Positions 54,501 to 64,000 of a stretch of 64,000 nucleotides of DNA are shown one piece after another (position 1 is the stretch's first letter; each line of letters begins with the position of its first letter). The position numbers and the translations under genes were made by a program. The stretch lies in NCBI RefSeq assembly GCF_964355755.1, contig NC_092675.1, forward strand, positions 30,476,912 to 30,540,911, in the 5' to 3' direction. Under the pieces are notes generated by a model, which saw nothing but the letters and a program-made list of their open reading frames with translations, was not told the origin of the DNA and made no database searches. The DNA comes from Antedon mediterranea (lineage: Eukaryota; Animalia; Echinodermata).

Positions 54501-57500
54501 GATGTTGTTGTTGATATACGTTGTATGCATTTTCACTGGAATAGTTTTTATTCTCGAGAAATAAATGTGTTGCAGTACGGCCAAATTGATTGATATATTT
54601 CTAAACTTCTCTTACTGATGTGTGGCAATACCAACCAGTTATACTGCGCTACAATGTAGCTCTTCCGCCTATTCTATGTTAGCCATGTTTGTTTGTTTTT
54701 GCGAGAGTCAACAATTATTGCTTACTGCCCTTTAGCCAATGAATATTTAACACAGGGAAGTAACCAATGTATCGTAGAAAAATCAAACTTACAACTATAA
54801 TATTCCTGATTACAGAAAGGTTTCATGAATATATAATGAAGAATCTAGAATTTGACGTTTTTTCACAAACCTTAAAAACCAGAATCCACTACCTTTTCCA
54901 AAACCATCTCCTTCATAAAAGATATCATCGGGAAATGAATTGTAGATACAGACGCCTAAAACATAATATTGATTTGCTTAATTATCAAATTAAACAATAA
55001 TTAGAAGATATTTAATGATTCTAAACATCCTAAATAAATTCCACGAAAAATCCAATGAATTAAATATATTTTTCATTAAAAATCAAATTTCTGGACGGAA
55101 TCATACAAATTTACACACACCAAATTGTGGAACATGATGAATATATTATTATTATTATTATTAATATTAAAGGTTCAATCTTGATTGCATAATAATGTGG
55201 AATAATGATATCCTACCAAACTCCATTGAGCTGTTATGACTGTCATCTACTTTGTCAATTTTTAACTCGAAAAGTCTTGACGTCTGAATCGGTTGGTTAG
55301 AAACAAATACCGCTCTGTTATGTTTCACACCGCTGTTTATACGATAAGCGATAGTTCCATCGCTGTTGACTTCGCCGTGATCCCTGACTGGTTTCAAAGT
55401 ATACGGAACCGCAGCTGTATGTTCCTAAACACAATTAAAACATGTATTTATCAGAATTCGAACATGACTCTTTTTGGCTATTATTTTTGGCGATGTCTAC
55501 TGCAGCTTCATGGTCGCTGGACATGTTACCGTACGAGAATCGAGTGAATAATAACAGTAAAGATGGGGATACCTGTAAGAGTAAAAATTACTATCGAGTT
55601 TGTACATTATAGAAGCCTTCGATTTTTGTCGACTAGGATTATTGTGTGCAGGAGGGTGGAGATGGTGTGACGCGCTTTCTCAGACGATGATAAACGAGCA
55701 AATCGAAGGCTCCTTATTATTAGGCTATAATGTTACTCTTACTTGTTTACTTGTTTTTGTTGTTATTGACAGTTGGACATCTTCTTCGGTTGTTCTACTG
55801 TTTGCATTGCTATTTGTTTCTGTCATTTTACTGGTTATATTAACATCTCTCTGGTCATCTGTTTCATCTTCTTTACTGGTTACATTGACATCTCTCTGGT
55901 CATCTGTTTCATCTTCTTTACTGGTTACACCATTTTTCTCTTCACCAATAAGTTCATCCATGTTACTGCTTGTGGTTTTGCAACTTGCTTTTATCTCTGT
56001 CTTGACGACCTTACTGGTCACATCAATTGAATGTGAAGCATCCACTTTGCTGGCTTTGCACATTTCCGTACCTTCTTCGTCTTTGTTCATTGTATTACTT
56101 TCAGTTGGCGTGTTGTTAGAAGCCGTGTTAGATTCTGATTTCTGGGTTATGCTTTGGCCTCTGTATTTATTAGTTTGTTCTTCAAGGTTTATAAGCTAGG
56201 AATATAGAGATAAAATCAATGTCTTACCAATAAAAAAAAAATCAGAATAAAGAGGTCCCTTTTTGTCTTTCTTTTTCCATTTAAGAAACATAATATTTAC
56301 CTTTTGTTTAAAATGCTGATAATATGCGTCAGTGATTGTGTGCATTAAGTTTAGTGCTCCATGTTCAATAAGTACTTCCGGGTCACAATCACTGTAGTTA
56401 ACTAGAATTTCGATTGACGTTTTAATAATTGTCCATTTCAGCTCATCTGTATAAACTGTTTCTGTTTTCGCTTTCCATACATCATTAATGATACGAATAA
56501 GTATATCTGTTAAATGAATACATTTATATATTTTTTTCATTATATATATTATTCATGTTTAGTTTTTATTTGTCTTTTGTTTCTCTCACCTTTTCTTGAA
56601 ATTTACAATTTAGATAATATAATTTTGGACAAGAAATTATAATACCGTCATAGTAAAAAAAAAAGACATGGTATTGCACTGTACCTTACAATCTAATTTG
56701 GTTAAAAATTTGTTAAATATAAAAAATAAATAAAAAAGTGATCAGTTACTATCAAACAACAATTTGTCCTTCAGGTATTTATCCGATAATTATCCGATTT
56801 GAATGAGATAATTATCGGTACATTTATCTCGAGTGGAATCGTTTAAACCCCATTTCCGCAGACAGTTTATCGGTAAATCATCACTTAATCTTTATCGGTT
56901 AATTTTTGGTGGCGGAAACACGACCTAAAAGCAGTAAATATTACCTGGCCATCCATGCTCATTCATATGTTTCAGAACACTTTCTCTCTCATGTTGTGGT
57001 GCAAGAATCTTTTTCACAGCAGTAACAATGTCTAAGACGTCATTGTTTGCAAAACTATCACATTGCAATAGAACGCAGTAAAGATTGTCCAACATCTGAA
57101 TATTATCAAGACAATCACTTTCCGAAGTTTTTTCGCCTGAAGTAAATTATTACAAACGTTACATACCTATTAACCTACAATAATTATACACTGTCCACCA
57201 GTACCACCTCATGCGCATCTTTCTATTTTCAAATTTACATTTAAAACTCTATGTTCCTTTATAAGTTCTCTTTAACCTTTCCAACTCCTACCTTTCCAAC
57301 GCCTACCAAAACAGTAATATCGATTATATTTTGCTGAGCATTCCAAACAAAACAATTATGAATATAGTAATTACTTTTATCTTGTATGTCATATCCTTCT
57401 TGGCATTGTTCATCAGTAGATGGGCAAGCAACATCACTAACTCCCCAGTCGCTAAGAACTTGCTTTACGTAGCGTACAAGTTTCTCATTGTCAGCATTCT

Positions 57501-59520
57501 TTAACATTTTGCATAGCAATGGCACAGATTTTTCAATTATCTAAATATTAAATATTATTTTTCTAAACATAATAATATGAAGTATGCTATTATTTAATCA
57601 AATTTAAATTATTTATTTTTATAACAGTTCAGTGAACTTATGCTACGCACTGTGTACTAAACACGTAATCGTTTGTGTTTATTTTAAAACATTATTATTT
57701 TGGTATTACAAGAAAATACAATCTTGTATGAGTATAAATTAGGGTACTGCATAAATATCTTTTGAATTAAAACAATTGTCTGTAAGATTATCGAGTTTCA
57801 TTTAAAAGAAGGTAATGACAAAGAACAGAGTTGTGTAAATGTGTATACGGTAATTCAACATAAACTAATTTCATAACAATTTAAAAATGTGCAATCTATA
57901 ATTTGTTTTAAAGATGAAATATATTTTTAGCTGTTGTTAGACTAACAGTAACCTCGGTGTTGTGAAATCTATTATAAAATGGTAAGACAATAACACTGTT
58001 TCTAGGATGAACAACATTATATTTATGCGAATTTGTTGACCTTTTTGATAAAAGATGTGAAAATTACAATTTGCTGCTGTTTTAAATCTACCATTAGATT
58101 TTGAAAAAATATAGAGGAAATAGCATTGAAACATAATCTCAGCATAAAACTACGTTGAAACGCTAGTTTTGTGTTCCATGGTGGAAAAGCTTTTATATAT
58201 TGTTTCAGGATTTATGCTTCAGTTAGAAATAATAATATTGGCATAGATATGAATGCATTCTTTTGAATTTTTAACCGTGAAGTTATTATAGTGGGGCAGA
58301 TTAGAGTTCGGTTTAATCTATTCATTATTATAAAATTAAAATCACTTCCTCTTTGGCGCTCTTGAAGCGTTACCGTACTTCAAGACATAGATCTATTTTC
58401 ATGTTTGATTATAAATTAACCTTGTGCGAGTCCCAAATGTATTCTCCAATGCTCACTTATGACCAACACACTTGTTTTAATTAATTTACTATTCTAATTT
58501 GTATTTTAAGACAAATATGACGTCATCGTACCTGATCTTTGTTGAGAGGATGTACAGCTAAATTAACGAGTGCTTCAACCAATTCCTGTACAGAGAATCC
58601 TGTTGATTTACCTGAGAGTGTGTTATCCAAAACTGAAGTTATCTCATTTATTACTCCTAAGAAATAGAAAAAGTGTCAACTTTAAAAACAAACAAAAATA
58701 CATAATAACTGAAAATATTACAAAATATTACAAGCAGATAACTTAATAGTACATTCTATTCTGTGACTTTATTAGGATTAGGTCATTATTTCACCCAAAA
58801 AAATATATAGAACTATTTTGATTGCTGTCTCAATGAAATCCAGTTAATGTTGATAAAACAAATAATAAATCTCTGTAATGCTATTTGGTGTAATGTCTAG
58901 TTTTGTTTATATTGAAAATAATCTCTTGAATGGAAATTAAAGATAGATAATATAGTTTTGTTGTAATTGATATGATTCGTCCTACCGTGTTTATCCTCTA
59001 GTAACTCCACGTCGATGACAGGATCTGCTATGTAGCTAATTGCTATCAGAGAATACAGACATCTCCATTTTGATGGTGAACCTTTAAAGATGTCAAGTAT
59101 TTTCCTCCACTCAGGAGTGCGAAACAACTCTCGATTTTTTCTACTTTTAGACAAGTTGCTTATAACACACAGTGAAGAATTTAAAAGCAGTTCCATCCTC
59201 TGTAATAATTTAACATAATGGATAAATATTTATTTTGATACTATTATAATTAATAATATCAATAATATAGTGGGCTATCATCTTCACAGCATCATCATCA
59301 GATAAAACAAATGATATCTAAGGATTTTAATTTGTATTAGGATTATTCAAGCAATGACAACATCTAACAGTACATTCAATTTTGTCATCTTATCATCAAT
59401 TATTATACAAGAGAATTACAATACCTGTGAAGTTTTCAGGTCATCTTCCCAAAAGTTTCCTTGACGAGGGGGCATCAAAGGGCCCGATATTGGTGGAAAG
59501 AGACTTTCCAATTCTGCCAT
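49326..59520 (-). CDS. Gene D: ARM-like repeats - low-complexity spacer - Neuralized (NHR) domain - FN3 x2 - cGAS-like Mab-21 nucleotidyltransferase (cGLR), ~1461 aa
   Basis: 17 GT-AG exons with matching phases and no stops: 59425-59520, 58986-59199, 58532-58656, 57375-57540, 56945-57136, 56301-56506, 55743-56195, 55217-55424, 54871-54955, 54133-54302, 53717-53830, 53380-53505, 52731-53072, 52004-52342, 50630-51571, 49903-50204, 49326-49631. NTase motifs: GSTSEG..DEMDLM, TVDVAIAL..WP, WRLSFSVAE, LSSYHMKT, LPNYFIPENN. The start ATG is uncertain because the frame is open upstream to at least 59625. Confidence 0.8.
52004..53072 (-). CDS. Two tandem FN3 exons (phase 1-1), duplicated with flanking intron (period ~727 bp)
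   Basis: SSISVYW...FVVEY...FEITNLSPGTLYAIRIKVV. Exons are 52004-52342 and 52731-53072. Confidence 0.85.
53717..55424 (-). CDS. Neuralized homology repeat (NHR) domain of gene D, NEURL4-like
   Basis: AVFVSNQPI..LFELKIDK..SMEFGVC...FWFL...YKLNLRNIQVDDKVGFVLHPDGTLAFLYNGKYQGIAFRNIPGAVYALVATSGKCVQVSI follows the NHR consensus. Confidence 0.8.
55829..55930 (-). repeat. 45-bp coding tandem repeat (VTSKEDETDDQRDVN x2) in the acidic spacer exon
   Basis: Visible in ORF 55725..56090. Confidence 0.85.
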
Positions 59521-60599
59521 GTTTCTGCCAAGTCTTAAAAATAGAGAATAATCTTGGAGGTGGTGTGAATGCGCGCGACGCAAGCTTGGCGAAGCCGCCA
59601 CGATTTCGTAGTCGTTTCTAAACAAATACCGAAAGAGTCTTTTATTTAGTGGTACCGCTTAAAACATATTATCAAAAATTGTTTTGTTTGAAACAGACAA
59701 TATTTCTGTAATAATGGTAAGTATGCTTCATTAAGCAAAGTGTTTGTTATGGGAAATCATTGGTCTGTATACACAATCAAATATTGAACGATTCCTTATG
59801 TGATCCTCCTCAATATAAAAGAACTTTTAAATTTGGTAATAGTACATAACATTGTAGAACTAATTGCGAGTAATAATCCGACCGTGAAATAATAAAAACA
59901 AACTCGTAAAAATGTTGTGACGGTTTTTCTTAAATACTTCCAAAACAAATCAATTTACTGAGTGCTACCAGCATTGTTTGGTCTTTACACTACGGTATTA
60001 TTATGAACCTGGTATTATGCTCACATTCCGGAAGGGAAACCGGGAACGTAACGTTGTAATGATCAGAGGAATGTTCTTTATCAAACAGTTTATTTCAGTT
60101 AATTCGTTAGCACGTACACCATCATTTTCATGAATTATTGGGGCACCTTTTTAGTTATATAGGTCTATTTGTATTAGCACATTCAGTTAATATATTCATA
60201 TGAAAACTAAACAAGTTATTATACAAATTACTACCGTTTACTGTATTTATTGATATTTGATCTCATATTTTTCTACTTTTAATAGAAGGTTTTATACCGT
60301 TTTAATTCCCATCTCTTGATTTGAATGATAAATTAAGCAAACCCTTAACATACTAAATATTAATAAAACAGTTTTTTACAAAAATGTTATGACTGTTCGT
60401 TTTAGTATGCAGCTATACATTAATTAATAGGTCCATGGTTTTTGTATAATATATTTATATTACAATAAACTTATAGTGTTTACCGCATGTTTTGCAAATC
60501 TATCTTCAGTTATGCACATGTTACAAAGTGGGAAATGTGAATTTACTAGATATATGTAAAAAGAGGTTTAATAGTTATGAATTACAGATACTATAAATT

Positions 60600-60828
60600 T
60601 CACTCGTCATCGTCAAAGCAAACTCTGATCGCACTGTGGCTTCTCTAACAGTATTCTGAAACTATCTTCTGTCTTCAGTCATCCTACTTGCTTTCTCCAT
60701 AGAGGGAGCCAAACACATCTGTTATAGTCTTTTCCCATTTGCATATTGGTTTTCCTCTTCTCTCTTCCCTGGAAAATAAGCCTCCAGCACTCTCTTCCCC
60801 ATTCCATCTTGCCACTACTAATGCCACT
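60600..60828 (-). mobile_element. Degenerate 3' end of an RTE-like LINE immediately after the stop codon of gene E
   Basis: Frameshifted translation DGMGKRVLEAYFPGKR / RRGKPICKWEKTITDVFGS / MEKASRMTEDRR*FQNTVREAT resembles the GKR.RGRP...W...A.DR..FR terminus of RTE ORFs. Confidence 0.6.
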
Positions 60829-60829
60829 A

Positions 60830-63800
60830 CTAATTAAAATTGAAGAATGATATTGGAGCAACCAGATCTTTCAGATAGAATGCTTGGTGACGACGAACAT
60901 TCTGCACTTTGGCTAGAATTACTTTCACATCTTCTGCGTCAATGTTACTTATCATGTTATTTTCTGGAATAAAGTAATTAGGTAAATTTTCTTTCTGTAA
61001 AAACTGAATAAGGAAATTTTGAAGATCTAGAAATCTATCACCCAGATTAGAATCTATCCAATCAGTTGGAGATGTTCTCTCACAAAGCCAAAACATGGTG
61101 GTCTTGATGTGATAGGAGGACAGTACCTTCGGTTCCTGTAACAAATTACCAATAATAAACATTAATACAACTTATATTTAAATAGCGGTACTTAAACAAA
61201 CCAAGCTAAAACACACTTAATGGTCATCTCCGACACTCCAGTTATATCAGACTAAACATGCTTAACTTTTAACTTCAACGTTCGGTGCCATGCAACAATT
61301 CAAATAAACCCACCTTAAAACATTTTCTCCAAAGTTTCTTAAAGACCATATAACATTTACGTTGATTTTCTGTAAATGTATGTGCTAATGTACGTTCTGC
61401 CATAGAAAACGACAACCGCCATTCTAAGTCGATTCCTTTTCCAGCAGGATAATATTTTGGAACAAGATGATAGCCGTCTGTAATAATCTTTTCTACAATT
61501 GTTTTTTTAGGCCATTCACGCTTTCTTGATATCCAAGGATTGGCGATGGTTGGCCAATTTACTCCATTCAAAGCGATAGCTACATCAACTGTTTGGTCAA
61601 ACTCTAATACTGAACCTATAACAACAAGTAATTAAACATAATGTAAATACATTCACTACAATTGACTAATTACTGATATGGACTACACTACATAACACTT
61701 TCAAACTAATAATTATAGGATTTTAGTCATACATACCGCCTGGTTCTTTTGATTCGTAACAAACAGAAATTGTTTGTACAGGTCCTTCTTGAACAAGTCT
61801 CAGTTTTCCTTTAAATTCATCTTTTTCGTTTTCATTCTCATTCTTGGTAATTTCAGACTGAACGGCATTGAGCCGTCTTCTGGTATACTCCTCTTGGATA
61901 CCTAATAGTTTCGAACGAGTTAACAGAATTTTACCATTTAAAAATCTCGCACAGAGATGCTTGGTAAATCCTAGGCTCGTGTATGATTGAAGACTGTCTG
62001 GAATAGATATTGTTACGTAACCAGGATGAACAGACGGACGCCATGTAAAAGTAGGACACTCTTGACGTTGTTGGCGCTTTCCAATATCTTCCAGTTCTGT
62101 TATAAAACATTCTTTGTTAACGTCTTTTTCTTCTTTCATAATTCTACTGCTCATTTCATCCACAATTTTAAAATCTTCACAAGGGGTTGTATGATGAGGA
62201 TCTTCGGCAGCAATAGCAAGAGGAATCATCAAGTCCATTTCATCGTCTACGTAAGACATTCCAGGACCACTGTTATCTGCTATTGCAAAGCCTTCGCTCG
62301 TGCTGCCTGTCCATACAATACCACTCATATCCTTGATGTTATCAAAGCATGGTCTCACCAAATCAAAAACCTGCTGAAATCGTTTAGGCAATGTATTTGT
62401 GTTATCTGGAAGTTGTTTATTTTTCTGAAATAGTACTATCAATTTACTTTGAAGTTCAACACTTGTTGTGATGAACCTCATGTGATCGTTAGAGATCGGA
62501 TCCACTCGAGTAGCTGGATTATTGTGAGTTTTGTACAAGTTAACAGAAAACCCTATCAATGTTCTTAAGTCTTTTTCGTTTAAGTATCCTTTTCTAGATC
62601 TCTGATTTATCTCAAATAGTGGATTAAGCGCCTGTTCTGTTTTCACATAGAACTCATTTATCGAGTCGTCTAAAGAATTAAAAAAGAAGTTATCATTATT
62701 TTTACTACTGTACCGAAACTTGTTATTTTCAAATGTTTATAATATTTTGATAGTTTGAGAAGACTTAGGACACTAACCTGGTTTATTGTAGACCTCTTTC
62801 ATTTTCGGATGTGTATCTTCATTAACGAAGTCAAAACCATATGGTGCACGCATGCGTGACACGGACACAGGATTATTGCCAACAGTCTTAACAGAAAATG
62901 ATTCTTAAAAAGTGAAAATTCAGGTTACAGATACATACGCCATGTTATAACTATCTTTGTGATGAACACAATTCTGGTGAAGTATTAATAAGTCTTTTTT
63001 TTATTAAAACAAATAGAATTTTGATTATCAAAACTACGAAACTTTTCTTTACCAAAGGGTTCATCAACGGTACTGTCGGGTGACTTTTGCTGAAGTATTT
63101 TACCAACATTTTCTGTGATTGACACCTGAACACATTTTCCACTTGTTGCGACTAGTGCATACACACCTAAATTGAAAATAAAATAAATATCAACGTCTAC
63201 ATAAATCACTTTATTTCAACCTATTTTTTTAACAATGATTGATCAAACTCACTGTTATTTTATTCATAATACACTTACAAAACATGAAATAATTTATAAC
63301 ACACTCAATCAAAGTAACATATATTTCTGTTCATAATAATTATTTGACAATAATTTGATTAAAGTAAGAGAGGGCAAAAAAAAAATCAAAGCTTGTGTGA
63401 GGCAGCCCATACAATTACAAAGAAAACAGGATAATACGGGAACCGGAAGCAAGACAAAAACATTCTTCTACAACATAGTATTACATGCAGGACAATTCCA
63501 ATGTTGTTTAACGTTATGTTATGCCAATAAACTGTAATGCACCACATAATACCACGACTATATGCTGTTTCCCACTTTCAACTACAATTTTTGTTTTCCT
63601 AAAGTCTAACAATTTACTCCTATAGAATTGTATGTGACAGTATAAACAGGTATTAGAACAGAACTCACCTCCAGGAATATTGTGACAGTATAAACAGGTA
63701 TTAGAACAGAACTCACCTCCAGGAATATTCCGAAATGCGATGCCTTGATATTTCCCATTATATAGAAAAGCCAAAGTACCGTCTCGATGTAAAACAAAGC

Positions 63801-63886
63801 CTACTTTATCATCAACTTGAATGTTTCTTAGGTTTAGTTTGTACCCTCCACCAATCGTTTGAAAATCGCGCCAAAGATCATCATCT
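60830..63886 (-). CDS. Gene E (3' part): NHR - cGAS-like Mab-21 nucleotidyltransferase (cGLR), paralog of D without FN3; 5' end outside the window
   Basis: Exons 63717-63886, 63053-63166, 62778-62903, 61737-62669, 61314-61615 and 60830-61135. Five of the six exon sizes (170, 114, 126, 302, 306) equal those of D, and the catalytic motifs are the same. Confidence 0.88.
63633..63728 (-). repeat. 48-bp tandem duplication spanning a splice donor of gene E
   Basis: TGTGACAGTATAAACAGGTATTAGAACAGAACTCACCTCCAGGAATAT x2. Donors GAG|GTGAGT follow exon ends 63717 and 63669. Confidence 0.92.
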
Positions 63887-64000
63887 CTGTAAAAAATAGT
63901 TTCCATAAACATTCTTTTCACAATTAAAATTGAATGTGTTGTAGTCATCAGTCAATTTCACTTTCGCAAACTTGCTCAAAGCATTAAAGCGAAAGTTAGT

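Noticed and set aside
54726-54794. 69-nt stop-free phase 2-2 candidate cassette exon inside the NHR of gene D
   Set aside because: The acceptor lacks a pyrimidine tract, and direct splicing 54871->54302 gives a better NHR match. It cannot be excluded without RNA data.
55600-56199. 199-aa hydrophobic plus-strand ORF
   Set aside because: Antisense shadow of the low-complexity acidic spacer exon of gene D.
60679-60861. Idea that gene E is a frameshifted pseudogene continuing in ORF 60679..60861
   Set aside because: D ends at the same aligned codon, and the downstream sequence looks LINE-derived.
50877-62433. Similar antisense ORFs 50877..51167 and 61987..62433
   Set aside because: Similarity follows from paralogy of the sense cGLR exons.
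63956-63966. ISRE/IRF-like TTTCACTTTC motif (and GAAA/ETS-like motifs near 60030 and 47910)
   Set aside because: Short motifs are expected by chance in AT-rich DNA, and no TSS evidence is available.

Overview
AT-rich, intron-rich animal genomic DNA; gene families and repeats suggest a marine invertebrate deuterostome such as an echinoderm (inference). Five multi-exon genes lie head-to-tail on the minus strand, with only about 1.2-1.5 kb between a stop codon and the next ATG. Left 48 kb: three tandem paralogs of a mosaic receptor protein tyrosine phosphatase (signal peptide - SRCR x5/6 - Tie-like Ig/Ig/EGF - FN3 x5 - TM - PTP D1 - PTP D2). They are A (28817-47798), B (5938-27580) and C (partial, 5' end at 4728). 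Right 15 kb: two paralogous cGAS-like (Mab-21/cGLR) nucleotidyltransferase genes. D (49326-59520) has 17 phase-compatible exons encoding ARM-like repeats - spacer - Neuralized (NHR) - FN3 x2 - cGLR. E (60830->64000, partial) joins NHR to cGLR with no FN3. Most striking features: (i) the 3' half of the signal-peptide exon plus its perfect CAG|GTAAGT donor is amplified into 53-bp tandem arrays of 25 (C) and 17 (B) donors but is single-copy in A; (ii) the ARM-NHR-(FN3)2-cGLR fusion, with FN3 exons present in one paralog only; (iii) D1 catalytic motifs altered to an IA-2-like HCSDG and WVD. Introns carry a non-autonomous Helitron, a hAT-type element with an 8-bp TSD, SINEs and LINE/Penelope fragments. 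All gene models are manual exon assemblies without transcript evidence.
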